Shown one piece after another: positions 40,231 to 55,465 of a DNA stretch of 64,000 bases. A program made the translations under genes and the position numbers. Every line of letters begins with the position of its first letter. Within the stretch, counting starts at the first letter, position 1. Below the pieces are notes generated by a model that was not told the DNA's origin, did no database searches, and saw nothing but the letters and a program-made list of their open reading frames with translations. The stretch is from Tubulanus polymorphus (Eukaryota > Animalia > Nemertea): NCBI RefSeq assembly GCF_964204645.1, contig NC_134035.1:12556451-12620450 (forward strand), read 5' to 3'.

Positions 40231-42881
40231 GAGACAGCGGGTCCGTAGATTCGAAAGTGCTGAAATGAAAGATCATCGCCTGATTCTATGTATGTGAAAA
40301 CACTCGTTTATTTCGTTAATCGTTGTTACTGATTGTTTCGCTAACTCAGATAACAATTGCGTAAAGGTTTTCTGGAGGAATCAAAGCCACGAGTTGAATG
40401 TGAAACGTCGATTCACACGGGGACAGTTTATAGTCGCGGAAATCAGGCCATTTTCCGCGTGGTTGCATAAACTTTGAGGTGTGCTGATTCGGCAGACGGT
40501 TAATCGGCGATTAGGGACAGTGGACGAACCTCAGAAGTCTTTCTCGAATTCCCAGTCGAATTCAATCGCAACTTTGGATTATTCCGCGGATGTAACGGCT
40601 TTACTTACAGTGCAGATCAATGATACCTACAAGGGCCGCCGGTTCCATAGACATGCATTAGACTTCGGACCAGTCCAATACAAACTTAGTTCTATATAGA
40701 CAATCTAACTACGTAAGACCAGTCTTATGATCGAAGACTTAAGTCTCGAATATCAAATCGAAAAAAAATGATGGAAAAATATTCATCCTATTTAGGATCA
40801 TTAGAATTAAGAAATTGAAAATTAATGCGAATTTACTAATTTCGCTTTGAATCTAGGCAAATATGAAAATGAAAAAATGTCGTATTTTGATAAATATAAA
40901 GCTCTTTTCGTGAGATACGCCGTTTTCTAAAGTAACTTTGTACGTGTACGGAGTGTCAGATTTTACGTTTTCTACGTTGCATCAATCACGCAGCGGGCAC
41001 CAGTCTAACGTGCCACTACAGACAGTGTGTACGGTATACCCCCGACGCATTGTGACTCGAACAAAAGGTGTTGAATTGATCGATTACAGTAAACTGTGAA
41101 CCGTCTACGAGCTGGTGTTGTTTAAAACTATGTCTTCATTCAGACGAGAAACAAGCCGCGTTCACACTTTATACATAACTGATTTATAACGGACCAATTT
41201 AGACCGACTAAAAAGACCGATCCAGGTTAAACCCCAGATCCAGATCTAAATTTTAGAACGAATCCTTTTCTGTTTGTGAATAGAATCTTTGCTATTCAAA
41301 TTGTCTGTCATTCACAGTGTTGCGAGCGTCAAGTCGTGGTCTAGCTCATCCTCGCTTGCCAGGGGTCAGGAATAGCTCCCAAACTCGCTTCAACCAGCCA
41401 CGCGATTGCATGACGTCATATAACGACTTGCAAAGATATCCCCTTGTTCGTTAAAATGTTCGCTGATTGGTCCATTTAAACGAGAAATTTAACAGAAGGC
41501 TAATGTCGTTTGTTACAAGCGCTATGATTAGCCCGACTGGATTCTGGTCGGCTTTTAGGTGAATATGGGTCTAGCTGTGAAGACAGTGCATTAAGAACAC
41601 GTGAACGCGCATCATTGATTTGGTCCGCGTTCTACATTGGTCCGTTCCCGGTAAAGGCTCTCGTCTAGGCCGCTAGTTGCCGCTAATCGCCGATGAGCCT
41701 AGTTGCATCGGTAGGCGCCGCGTTGCTTGTCGACATAAGCCAGTCTTTAGAACGGACTAACTAACGATAGCACGAATGCGTAGTACAAGTTGTTCAGTTC
41801 ATGCGTCCATCATCAGTGACATGATATTTCAAACGATGCTCATCCCAGACACTTCGAGGGCAGGAAGTTTGCCAACTTGTAACTCCACTCAAAAACGCGC
41901 AAATTAGGATCCATATTAACAGTTTTCTAGTAATGAACTCTAATTTTAACCCTATATAGTCAAACCAGATAACCGTGAAACTAACTGGGCGAATTGAAGA
42001 ATATAGAATGCGAATACAATCTCCAGTCCTTATTGGTCTCGATATAAGACAATCGACTGATGTCTGATATAGATGAATTAAGCTCCCACACTGTATTTTC
42101 ATTTTGTCTTCGAGCCGAGGAAAACACATCATCCCCACCGTCACAATATAGACACGAATTCCTTCATAAATAACGAAAAAACTTCATTATTGGTTCTGAC
42201 GCCTATCTGAAAGAAAGTTTGCGAGTTCGATATGAACGCGGGCTGGTGAACGGGCGGGAGGCGACGCAGTCTGATTATTATTATCATTATTATTATTATG
42301 GTTACTATTAAGAGACCCAGGGATCCAATACTCTCGTATTAGGCGTGAAAAGGCGGGCGACGGAAATGAACTGAGTCGGGTTCCATATTCCCTGCCAGGA
42401 TGGTTTCCTGTTCCGCGATTAACTCGCGTGAGATTGGCCAACATATTAAACAACCAATGATTTCTATTTGGGTGGATATAATTCATCTGGTCACGCCACA
42501 GCACTATACGCGGCCAATCTATCTCGCGTAAGCCCACTTAATTTCGTTTTCGATCGACTGGCCCACATACTTCTTCGACCACTTTTTCAACATACATGTA
42601 TACAGTCGACTCAACTTGTGCTTCGGATCTCACGAATTCACGAATGAGATAAGAGAATTACCTGATAATATTAACATAGATATGAACGTGCAATTCAATT
42701 CACGTGACACTTGGACAGTAACTTGTAGAAGTCACAAACTGATCCACAAAAAATGAACATGGCTATAAGGCGTCTCAGACAAATCTAGATTTTTTCGTGA
42801 ATAAGATAAAATCCCACTATTTACAGATTAAAAGAATTTAAAAACCAGAATTTATTTATTATATCTAAAATATTTAAAAGA

Positions 42882-42921
42882 CACGACGTTTCGATCTCAC
42901 CCTAGAGATCATCGTCAGGTG
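42882..42921 (-). ncRNA. Minimal hammerhead ribozyme motif (second sequence family)
   Basis: The minus strand reads CAC-CTGACGA-T-GATCTC-TAGGGT-GAGATC-GAAAC-GTC-GTG. Confidence 0.65.
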
Positions 42922-43950
42922 AAACGTGAAACTTTTTCGTGAAACTTTTACTGGATGTTCTATGAATCAAAATACTGCCCCGTAATTGGAGCCGATAGAA
43001 GTTGCTATATAAGATTCCCTTCAGTTTGAAAGTGAAGGATGCTGCTAGGCAGAAAACCCGTTATCGCTGCTTTGCAGCTATATTTATCATTTTCGTTTTA
43101 AATACTTTATCATTTCTACTACAGCATTCGTCTGTATTTTTGTATTCGAATTTGATAAATGTTTCTGCTCCGTTCCTTTATGTAAGCGGCAATAATTTTG
43201 TTAGTTTAAGACTGCGCGGAATTACTTCAATCTCCGCCCATCTGCTGCGCAACTATCGAGATTAGAGAAATGAAATATTGAAAGTACCGTTTACTTCGAC
43301 TGAAACTTCGCCGATCTATTATACCTGCGCAGACGCCGGCAAGTCACTTATAAACTTACGTTCGAGTCGTGTTCGGGATAGAGCGACGGCACGGGCAGTA
43401 TCATAAAAATAAAATATCATTTCCTATTAGATGGATATGCATGGAGAGTTTTAGAGATTAGCCGATGTTTACCGAGGGAATGCTCCGAGTCGCTTTGAAA
43501 GCGTCCTGTTTGTTTATAGAGAATCTGCTATAAAAACGATGTTGTAACTGATTGTTTAAAGTAATCGGCAAGTCTTCCGTTGTTGACATAAGATTCCGGC
43601 GTTTAGATTTTCTCCGCGTACTGTCGCGATTATTTCTGTATTTCCCGTTCAGTGTTCACCCGACGCGACCGACTGTATCGTCTTCTCCACAGAGGATGCG
43701 TCCTATGCGCGCCTTCACTCATGAATACGATGACGCAATCGGCCGACTCTGACGCATAATCGAAGCTGTGAATATGAATATGAATAAGGACATTCTCTAT
43801 AGCATGAAAAAGAAATTGCGAAAAAAGATATTCGGGATTCGATTTGCGGAGTGTATTTAGCGCCGTTTGTTCGAGTGGATGCGTCGTTTGTGTTTGACAT
43901 CGCAGAAACTCAGAAACACCAGGGGCCCTAACCCCTGTAGACGACGTATA

Positions 43951-44542
43951 CAGTTTAGTTTAGTTTAGTTTATTGCTCCAAAAAAGATATACAATTTTTC
44001 CGAGCATAACAAAATAGTATGAATAGTATAAATATAAAAGCTGGCAAATTTATACATATTAATAGCCCTACCTATAACAACCGTGTAGCAGTCGTAATGT
44101 ATTTAGATAGACTGTAATACAGGTTTTCATTACTGAGCAATTGCTTGAATTTATAATGATTTGCGCCAATTCTATATCTGTTAGGTATATACAAAATTCT
44201 AAAAGCGTTGAAAAATTCGCACTTCAGTATGAAATGATATTCGTCCCCAATAGTATTCTCGTTACATTTATTACAAACTCGTTCGTTCCGTGGTTTGTTT
44301 TCATATATACCAGTCTCTATTGGTAATGTATGGTTGGAACATCTAAATCTACATAGTGAGATTCTTAAACTTCGTGGTAGTGATGAAAGATATTTTTCTT
44401 GTCCCCAATCAGTTTTAAATATTCTATACGTATCTAATTTAGAGGATAGTACCATCGATCCATGCCATGTCTGTTTATATTGATCTTCTAATCTAAGTTT
44501 TACGAGTTCCCAATACAATATGTATACGTTCATCGTGTTCAA
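43951..44542 (-). mobile_element. 5'-truncated LINE (CR1/L2 group) 3' end
   Basis: The ORF2 C-terminus reads KLDTYRIFK..QEKYL..RFRCSNHTLPIETG..ERVCNKC..IGDEYHFILKC. The 3' end has AATAAA followed by an (AAACT)n tail. Confidence 0.9.
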
Positions 44543-47500
44543 GTCGTTAGTGGAGTCTATTTAGATCCCGTATAAAACTCTTAAACCCATTCAGTAATAT
44601 TGAAAGCTAAGAAAATTCGGAGCTTTTAATTAGATCGATGTTTTAACTATTTAGTTAATTCAGATAGATTTTACGCACTCGATTTTTCTCTTATTTTGAG
44701 TTTGGTCGAAATGAGGCAAAACATGACCAGTGCCAAGTGAAGTGTATGTCGGGATTGAAACGATAAGGACAATATTGATTTTAATATGATTACAATACGG
44801 ATATATAGAACATGATATATTTTGAATAAGAAATTGATAATAACGTGAATGATTAATTGATTCCATCCTTTGTATCAATTTCTTTTCGGTTTATGTTTCC
44901 TTTTTTCGGCTGCGCTCGTCCGGCAGGCCGAAAATCAGTCCGTCATATTATGCAATCTTCTCAGGAAATCATTTATATCAAATTTCATATTAATATTAAT
45001 ATCTATAACGATATTACGATGCGATAATAAAAATTGGCCTCTTCTTCGTCGAGCTGAGTCTATAGGGGTCATTGCGTCATTCGTTTCGCCGCTCAGCGGT
45101 GATTTATGCAAATTTATTGCCATCGAATTACGTTCATACAAGCGCAGGAATTGTCCTTAATTAAATCATTGTGTGAACTATGCTCGGTTTATGATACGGT
45201 CACGCCTGTAGCGTCGGAGGATACTTTCATAATTTCATTATAAACTCCTATATCCAGTCACAGGAACCTGATTCCGGATATTTGAGCCGATCTGTTTCCC
45301 ACGATCTGCGCGCTCCGACCGCGCGGTTATAATTCATAGCATCGCCAGCATATTTAATATGTCTATCTAATTAACAATTGATTAGTTAAGACTCTGATAA
45401 GTGGACGAGGGCGATGCGAGAACGGGTCGCCCCGACTTCGTAATCACTGCCCGTAGCCTCATTTACTAGTGATAATACAATCGATCTGTTGCGTGGTGGT
45501 CAAGAAATGGACAATATATAGTCGTAACTACTTTGGGGTAATGCACACAAACGTCATCTCGGAACCTCAAGCGTGAATGCCTTACTGTCGAAGAAACCTA
45601 GGTTGACCGCGAATTTACGTCCGATACGTGACGCTGAAGAACCACATGAATGTGACATTGGTTCTACATTGCCAAATCTCTATCAGTTCAAAATACACGT
45701 TAAACACTCGACCACTATAAACCCCAATCAGTCGCTTACTGGTTACGGGATTGATGCCAGATTATTTACATGAACCACAAACCGATATTTCCAATTATGT
45801 ATATATGTACTTTCGAAAGAAGAATTACGTTAATTCGACCGATCATCAAACTACCCGTATCTCCATTGACGAGACAATATATCCGTGGTGTGACGATAAT
45901 ATTACGAAAATCCTGACTGAAAAATAAAATATATAACTACATTAGCTCGACTAGGAAACATTTTTAGACTTTATCTTTTTGAGTCTTATATTGTGGGATT
46001 TTCGTAATAGTAAAATATACGTATATCTGTACTTCGATTTTGAAATCAAACTCCCTGTTTCTATCTATGTTGCTGGTGGGATTGTAAAGGTCATAACATC
46101 GGATCGAATCAATCAAATAAAAGGTAGAACGCTTTAGAAACCCTCGCTCCTTATAATACGACGCGCACGAGCTGATCGATTTATCCTTAGCCGATAAATA
46201 AAAAAGTGACGATGTAATGTCTGGGGGCCTATAGACGCAGGGTTTTACAGTCAGTCCTATGATTATACCTACTGAGCAAGTATCGTCAATAGTGAATTAT
46301 TTATGGCTGTGGTTGAGAACTGAAGGAATTGCTGAAGACTCTGTCTTACACATTGTCCAGTTTAACCAGTAAGTGAGAGATAGCGCTGATCCGTATGTAA
46401 GTGCTGACAGTGATTCTGGGTCACTTGAATTTTTGTGAATAGCTAGATTAAGCCCACTTTGCCGGTCGAGTATTAAAACAACGAATTACAGAAATTTGTT
46501 TTCTGAGATGCATATCATGTTGTAATAATGGGTTTTTGGGTACCTGTATTGACCTTCATGATCTGAAAGATGGTTTATTTCAGATCATGAAAGCCCATTG
46601 CACAAAATGTTTTTTTTTTCGTTACCCTGAATTAATGTTTTCATTCAGACCATTTCGGAAGAAAACATTCCCGAATCCCTACAAAATGAATGTATGTATA
46701 TCAACAAATCAAGTTGTGTGGGATATAATCAAATTTGTTAGAATGGTTTTATAACTTTACACATGGTCTTCTCTAATCAGAGCTGTGGCCGTGAAACTTA
46801 CTTCAGGACTCGGTTCCGATTAGTAAATTGATAAAGACCTGAATTATAGTAAATTACAAACTATTTCAAATAGGGAATCGACTAAAACTCACAACGACTG
46901 TGAAACTGGGTTCTGATTCTGGCAATGATAACACCTGATAACACAATAAGTCGAGAACACAATAACAACGTGTATAAGATGAATATGAGAGAAATCCCGC
47001 ATTAATTCAGCCAAAGATGAACAGATCGTGGGAAAACATGCGATATGAATTACTCTGTTGTCAGAACGCCTAATGATGGCTGATAGTCTTTACGCAAATA
47101 TATGTACACTTTACTGTGGAACTTTTCATCCTTGGCTGAATCCATCGTGGGATATCCCTTGTATAAACCCGGGTAACACGTACTCCGACCATACATTCAC
47201 ATACAGAAGACGTTATCATCATCGGAAACAAGGACAAATAAACCGACAATTATTGCAAAAAAGATTATCGTACCGTCGCACCTGTCGTGTTCTGTCGACC
47301 CAACAAACTACATAATTCCCGACCAGCGACAAGCGTCTTAAAATCTGCCCGGTCGATAGGAGTAACGTGGAGCGTAATTAAACAATACGTCTCTATACGA
47401 CATGTCCGGGATGAATCAGCGCCACAAACTCTCTGTCATCGCGCGGATTTTTTTCTACGATTGGATAAGAAAAAAGTTGTCGAAAACAGTCACGAAGTGT

Positions 47501-47689
47501 CGGATTGATTTAGTGTCCTGTGAGAGTCGGATGCGACCGCGTAGCATTTCCGTTGTTTGCTATAGTGATCGCAAAAATACCTGATTCCACACTTTATTGA
47601 GCACCACTTGGTTGTTACCTTGTTTCGCGTCGACTCGATAATGTCCGATGACCAGAATTCCGATATTCTAATATAAAAATTCCACGCTG

Positions 47690-47890
47690 CGAATTAGAAA
47701 AAAAAAATCCGAAAAAATGTTACCGTAAGCTAGCGCAGTTTATTCGACGTATCGACTATATCCTCTTAATAGTCATCTTCAGGAATACTAATAGCTTCAG
47801 GTAATCCTGAAGATGACTTTATCGGGGTAAAGTTGAAACGTTGAATGAAGCACTAGCTCAAGGAAACTTTTCGAACGTTTTTCATTATCT
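47690..47890. mobile_element. Degenerate inverted pair of Penelope-type hammerhead repeats
   Basis: Minus copy at 47741-47786 (GAAAC mutated to GATAC) and plus copy at 47803-47846 (cctgaagatgacttt...aaagttgaaacgttgaat). Same family as 60322-60533. Confidence 0.65.
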
Positions 47891-48839
47891 GCGTGGAATA
47901 TGATATTAACAAATTACAAGGTATCTTGTCAATTTAAAACTTAATCTAAAATCCCATTCTTCCGCAACAAAGATTTTCTAAACGTTGATCTAAAACATAA
48001 GAAAGTTTTAAGAATTGGCAATGGATAGACAACCAAGCTGCGCAATTGGTATCAGCTTATTGCATGTCTGCGGAAAAGTGAGGTAATGATTTTTAAGTAT
48101 CTGAAATGCAGCAGACTCCGCCCAAGGCGGATCCGATCAACTCAGAGATCGTTTTACTCGGATGTTTGTTGATATGTATTGGTTACACTTGAAATAGAAT
48201 ATTTAACACCTAATTTCGACAAAGATCAAATCAGACAAAATTTCACGGCCCCGAACGGTCCGGCATAAAATGTGGTAACAACAGTTTTTTTTTAAATTCC
48301 AATACATTATTACGAAAGACTTTTGATTTTGATCTTCTTAATCGGCAGACCTGAAGCATCGGCGCCATTTTCGGAGGAGCATTTAGAATGATTGCTTGAA
48401 CGTCAAAGAGACAGGCGAGTGAATGTATCTTTCAGCATTTTTTATATTTGACCGTTAGGAATAGGTTATGAATACCGGTTCCCCATCTTGGGCTATTATA
48501 TTACGAGTAACTGCCCATTTTCTAGCCTCCTAAGGAGTCAATAAACTGTGTTTATTAAAGGACCAGTCATGTGATGTAATTTACACTAGTTGGTATGAAC
48601 CGATTTACAGATATTAGTTGCGCCGAATAAAAATAGGTTTCTGTAGTCGTATTGTCGTTATGGAATCGCCATTTTCCGAGTAGGAACAGAATTGCATCGT
48701 TTGACAGCGGCATCAGAGGCTGCGTCAGTTATAACGATAATCATATAGTATTATTGACTCTAAAAAATAACCTTATTATGTTCGCGTTTCTGTCGTATTT
48801 CTTGCTCTTTCATTCAAAGACTTCAAAGTTCGAAATAGT

Positions 48840-49240
48840 TTTGAATCCAGTTCCACAGTTGGGTACATTTAATTTGACTAGACCTAGACCTAGACCCAAC
48901 TCGACAGTTGTGTGGGTTTGATTTGACTATAGATCCAGTTCCACAGTTGTGTGGATATAATTTGACTCTGGACCTGGACCCAAATGCACAGTTGTGTGGG
49001 TTTGATTTGACTATAGATCCAGTTCCACAGTTGTGCGGATTTAATTTGACTCTGGACGGACCTGTTCCCAGTTTCACAGTAGTGAGGGTTTGATATAGCT
49101 GTGGACCTAGACCCAATTTCACAGTTGCGTGGGTTTGCGTGGATTTGATTCTGAACCCAGTTCCACAGTTGTATGACTTAAATTCGACTCTCGATCTCCT
49201 TCGACAGGTGCGTGGGATTCATTCTACCCTGGAACCCAAT
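48840..49240. repeat. Degenerate ~40-bp tandem array of the ccagttccacagttgtg family
   Basis: Repeated ccagttccacagttgtg(t/c)gg(g/a)ttt(g/a)atttgact units. Confidence 0.85.
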
Positions 49241-50934
49241 TCAGTTTAATCATAGGTTATATCCGTTAAAATGATTTCAGCAGATTTAGTCACATTGTCC
49301 ATTGAGTGAAATGCAATTATTCGCCTCCGAAAATGAATACGTGCAATATTGTATTCATCGATAAGCAACGTTTTTTTCGTCTGGAATAATAGATAGTTCA
49401 CATCTATAATAATCTATTAGCTGAATCGTTTATCTGATTTGTATGTTATCATTTATGAATTAATGATATCTAGATATATTGCTTTATACTTCAGTTAATA
49501 GATATAGAATTATGGTCTGTATTGGCGTTGGCGAATTTCGTAATCTGTACTGTACAAAAAACAACCTACCACGACCAACTCTATACAGTTCTCGAGATAA
49601 GTTTGACCGTGGAGTTAGAATTAGTTCATTCCCTACACGCGATTCAGATTTCACCAGGGAACTGTGAGACTGGGTTCTGCATCTTATGTTTTGGTGGCTG
49701 CGTAGCCTGTTGGAGTACTCAAAAAAAGAAAATGTCTCCACAAAAATAGGTATTTGCTAAGGTGAAAATAGAAAATTTCAATATCGAGAATCGAACCGGG
49801 CTACGTAGAGAAATGCGGCTATAAGTGATCGATCAGGTTTGAAAGTTTGTCTTGTAGATTAAGAAGCACGTTGTCAGTATGGCGACCAGTCAGCTGTGTG
49901 CTGACCAGTCAGATAGTCGAAACTTCATGAAAAATAAGCCACCGATCAGAAAAAAATGACCATATGAGAAATATGGGGAATAAACTGGCGCAGTGAGTTC
50001 AAACGATCAAGCATATCGTGGGGTAACATGCCATGGATGGCTGCACCTTACGGCGGCTCCTCGACTGGGGCGATCGCTATAACCTGTTGGGTTCAACCTA
50101 CGAGCAATTAGATAATTGCTCGTAGATCCAACTAATCACGATCTATAGTGTAATGACCAGTACCGTGCCACATTCAACCCGTCGCCCAGCGAGCAAGCTA
50201 AAAGATGCATATTTGATTCAATTGAAATTGAAAAGTATAGAAATACGTCGATTCTATCCCCGAAAGCCGAACAGATCAATGACCGATTCGGAGCCGTTTC
50301 TCATAGTTTGAATTCTGTTGTCTTTTTTCCAATGTTTTATATTTGATCGATTTACCTTTTTAAAGAGAGAATTCATATTTCAGATATCACGGTTGCATAA
50401 GATAAGCAAATTGTATTGCAGTTTACTCAAGTTTCACAAAAGACTACCGCCCTACAAAATATGATTCGCAAATCATTTCTATATCGTCGCAATCTACGAA
50501 ATGCTTTCAACTCGCCCACGACGAACAGGACGCAGAGAGACAGCACTAGCAAATATAGGCTTAATTGAAAACGGTGACATTTCGACTTTGATTGGCCAGA
50601 GACGTGCGGCCCATGCGCAGTTGATACAGAATGGAGGCGTGGTGTGAAAGAGTGGTTAGATACAGAGTCGCATTGCACTCAGATCGGCTGCGTGATTACA
50701 AGTAGCAAGTCGGAAGAGAACAAACGCCTGACGCAGACACACAAACACTAGCAGCGGTTTATATCATCGTCATAAACTTTACTCTAACTCTCAAGACAAC
50801 AGCGAGAAGAAACCGTTTCAAATCTTAGCAACTTAATTCTTCGAGAAACTGGTGGTAAAAACGTAACCGACGAAAGCCATTTACGAGGACTATCCAAAGA
50901 ATCTGTGATAACGAAAAAACAACAACAACAGAAC

Positions 50935-50992
50935 ATGTTACCTTCGAAATTCCGACTAGCTTTAGCTGTAACGACCATTTTATATCTATCAG
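50935..50992 (+). CDS. Probable first coding exon (signal peptide) of a secreted or membrane protein; downstream exons not identified in the window
   Basis: aacATG start, MLPSKFRLALAVTTILYLS, then a phase-1 donor CAG|gtaggt, preceded by an A-rich leader. Confidence 0.45.
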
Positions 50993-53900
50993 GTAGGTGT
51001 ATATGTCATACTTTCTGAAATTCGTTTTGTAAAAATCTTTAACGAGATCGATTTTGATTGAAAAGCAACGTTATACAAAACCGTAAATACAAACTTGCTA
51101 TATGTTTTCATAACGATATGGACCCAGTTCGACATTTCATTGCTTGAAGTTTGACCGTAAGGTTCAAACAAAAATAGATTGAAGTCAATCTTTTTTTCAT
51201 CATGCTTTTGATCTTGAAATAGGAAAATGTCGCTCTTCTTTACCTAATCGATTGATTTTGATTTGTTCCCTTACAAACCCGGCACACCTGCCGGGGTCTT
51301 ACGTAACAAAGAATTTTGGGTTCAGCCAAGAACTGTCGAACCGAGTCATGAAGTTTGTAACTGAAGAAAAGGAAAATTGAGGTTTTTCGTCGTAAGATTT
51401 CGCAGGATAATTAAAACAGTCGATTGTCTATATCGAAATCGGTATATGTTAGAATTAATTACTACGTAATTATAAATGATTAGGTGCGGTATTATTGAGA
51501 TGGAGTGCGCATCTTTTCAGTTTATACTAATCGAGTATCGTAGCTCGAAGCCAAAATTCGTCGTCAGAAATTCTGAAACAATTAATGACTTTATTTCCAA
51601 TGTCATTATCGTAGAATTTCAAGAACAAATTGATTTTCATCTTTTCCGTCGTAATCTCGTTAGAGCCTGACGCATCATTTCACCCGTTTCATCGCCAGAT
51701 GAGATTCGACGAGATTTTCACGCATTCGAAATCCAGATTTTAGCCGGGGTATTTCGGCAATTTTAAATTGGTCTCTCAGGCAGATAACTAATGATTAACT
51801 AATAACTAATAACGTAGTGATTAATGATAAATGATTGACAATAACCATTGATGAAACATCCTGAATCGTGTCGCCAAGATAAAATCCCAGAATAAGAATT
51901 AAAAATGAAGTCCGAAATGTATCCTTGAGTTCGTAGTTTATTCAGCACTTTTACATTTCCATGGTATTCAGTATTCCTATTAGGATTTTGTCAAAAGTCG
52001 AAATAACCAACTAGCTCAAGGAAACATTTCAGACCTTATTTTTCTTTTTATACATCAGCTGACAATCGAGAAAAAAATACCGATTACTCGACCCGCCCTT
52101 AGAAAACTAGAACTAACTTTCAGAAAGAAACTTCGATGCGAAAAAGTTTTTTTCTTTTCATAAAATGCACGAATCGGCGATGATTTTACAGTCAGTTATT
52201 ACGGATGCATTAGTATTAGGTTGTCTCGCCTGTAACCGCTGTTGAATACCAGTGATTGAACGCAACACCTCACACCCCTTGACGTCACTCTGTATCAATC
52301 AGCGCTCGTTTAACGATGTTCCGATATCAAAGCATTGCTTTGTATTTGCATTGATATTTCCAGTCATCAAATTCGTGCTTTCGTTGCTAGAAACTTTTCG
52401 TAAAAGTGTGGCATGAACTCGTGGGCGGCATTTTCCAAAATATATGTTCGGAGGTCATTTCGTTAATGGCGCATATAAGAACACGGGGATGCCGCCTAAA
52501 TTGAACATTAGCAACTGTAAATAATTCAACGCTTTCATATCTATCGCAACTAAAGCTGAGAAATTATTTTGCTTTTATCGATATTAACAAGAAAAAAAGC
52601 GTCGCTCACATAAATACGCGTTTGCGTATTCGTAAGTGAATTGCGGTAATTCCAGACTGTTGGAAACCAGTGTATATTACGGAAGTCCGGAATTAACAGA
52701 GAAATAAACAGCATTTTACCATCGTTTTATAGAGCGATACAATGTACATATACATGCAACAACATTCGACGTATAATTGCCTATTAATTGACGCACGTTT
52801 ACTGAAAACCTCTGTCGAAAAAGAGCCCTTTCAATTTCGTTACGGCGGCAGCGATGTAAGTGGGTGCACTTAATCTTCGAGCCGTCTTACTGGTTTTTAT
52901 TAAGATCTTGTCACCGGCTCTTCTCATTCTATCAAGTCGCTATATAGCGCGTAAGAGAGTTTGTGCTCTGCGTATTGTAATAGAGGATTTATGAGATTTA
53001 TGTAGTTGAAATGAGTAACTACTCGTCTGTGATGCCTGAGTGAGGGTTAAATGTATACATGGGTATATGACTGAATTCCGTGACTGTTCACTGTATCTAT
53101 GAATATCAAACAATTCGTCCGTCTTTGACGTAAGAACTTGTAGGTTTTATGTAGAATTTAATACCACACCTGCCTACTGAAAACTGTCACAGCGCAAAAC
53201 GCTATTTTCAGCTTAAATTTCATCTCGTGCAAAGTTCGAAATATTCCTAAGGGATATGCAGGGATAATCCGGAAGATTCCCTTCTTCCCCGTGATGACTT
53301 GAACTTCGGAAAAAAAAGGTGTAAAGAATTCAGCGCTCAATTTGAACTCGAAAGCAGTTCCTTTTCCGGAACCTATTTTCCAACATCTTTTCACTCTGCT
53401 GGACGGGCGCGACGCGTCCCTATTTGATCTAGCTATGACATCGGGAAAATCTTTGTATCAATCTAGTAATCGTAGCGGGAACTGACGGTCTGTGGTCTGA
53501 CAACAGGTACTATACATCAAACGAACGTTAATACCTATCTCTCTGCATGGTAGCAATCCTTCTCATTGTCACGAACAGACCAGACTAGCTATCAGCATCT
53601 GTAATTATCTGACCAATTGACAAAAACATGTTGATTATATCCAACATGGCCGTAACAGCCATATATGCGTTCTTATCATTATTATAAGGTGTCGGGTACT
53701 TAGTGTCTGTGAAGCCGTTAATCTTCACTCGACTGCACTGATATCAATATCTCTTGACAATGATAAACGCCGCAGAAAGCTACAGCTACCATTTAAAAAA
53801 AATCATGTTAAACCACAGTCAAACTGGTAACATATTTTTCCTCCTCGATGAGTGGGTTTATTCGGTGATAGTGGGTTAACTCAATTCAACTACATCAACC

Positions 53901-55009
53901 CCGAGGCCCGGTTGTCCAAAAGTGGTCTTACATCCTAAGAATGGTATTAAGTTGTTAGATTGATTATAGAACAAAAATGGTCTTCGATGTGGAACTGGCA
54001 ATTGGGTCTAGTTTCACGAAAAGGGTCATTTCCTAATTTCTTCTCATCGGTTCATTTCATCATCGATTCAGGAGAGTCTTCTTTGTGACCCGGGGTTGAA
54101 GTTGAAAAAGGTCCCAGGTGTCTTTGGTCTACTTATGGTAATGAAAAGTTTAACTTTATACGGCGCATGTGCTGCGGCAACGAACAGACACTTTTAAAAC
54201 ACAGTTATCACAGGGTCTCGTTAGAATCATTTGTTTCCGACTCGTTTGGTTTCTGGGTGTCATGATAATCGTCTCTCGTCTGCGAAATTCACACTTTTCG
54301 ATCGGAAAGGACTGCGACCGTTTCGGCACGTTCTTCCCGGAGAATAGAATATTATGGTTGATTGGTCTGTGAACTGAATGAAACGTCATTCGCTCGGCTA
54401 AAACTCCTTCCATATCAACGACCTTCAATAAAATTCCAATTGGCCCTGGTGTACCAATTTGTTGAGTTTTTATTCGCGTCGTTGAACCAAATCAATTCGC
54501 CCCCAAACCGATAATCTTCTGAGACAATCGTTACAAGTAAAGTAAGGCTATAAAAGGCGTACAAGAGACAAGCTTTTATACAAATATAACATATTCATGG
54601 CATGTTACCGTTACGTCGTAAGGACGCCCTTTCAATATAGATGCAAACATATTTGATTATTTAACAATTAGTTAGAATTTGAGTTACTACCTCTCGGTAC
54701 TTGAAAGGGATGTTACATCAACAGTTAGTACATCGTCAATTTTGTTGTATAGGTCATTTTGTTAAACCATGATATGCGTTACATTCACAAAGGAAATGTA
54801 ATTCAGACTCTACTTCATTTTCATTACACAAACTACGGACAAACGGCAAACTTCTATACCTTCCTAATTCAGTTTCGTTTGCACCACGCGAGTAACGTGT
54901 ACATCATACAGAACACAAACATGCATACAGATTGCGGTAGTGTACTAGTTTTACAAAGTTTGATGAAATGGATATTGAATGACCTATTAAGTATCGCGGT
55001 TGACGTATG

Positions 55010-55465
55010 GTGTCTTTGTCGAAATAGGAAGATATAACCGTACCCCCGGAAGAGCGAATATGTAATCTATGTAATATGAGAGTCATTGGGGATGAGTACC
55101 ACTTTGTTCTAGAATGCCCTTTCCTTCAGAATCTTCGCACCCGGTTCATTAAACCATATTTTAGAATAAGACCAAGTGCCTTCAAACTGATACAATTATT
55201 AAATTCTAAGGGCAAACAGCTCTGTAACCTGTCTCGCTTTATACAGCAAGGATCAAAGTTTCTCTAACTCATATTAAATATGTACTGTTCAATGCCCGCC
55301 TTAAGCTATTGTTGATTGATAAGTATTCGTGTATTTCTTTTCATTTAAACCGTGTTTGTATGAATTCTGTAAACTGCATGGATACGTGTAAAATGTATGA
55401 ACCTGTTTTTTTTTGCTCTGTGCAAATGTAAATTTTGTGGAGCAATAAACTAATTGTAATAATTG
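55010..55465 (+). mobile_element. 5'-truncated LINE (CR1/L2 group) 3' end
   Basis: ERICNLCNMRVIGDEYHFVLECPFL...KLIQLL, ending in ggagcaataaacta like the 43951-44542 copy. Confidence 0.88.

Noticed and set aside
39941-40276. ELDSESNQTRTTV-repeat ORF
   Set aside because: The 39-bp minisatellite unit is a multiple of three and matches a MITE terminus, with no gene context.
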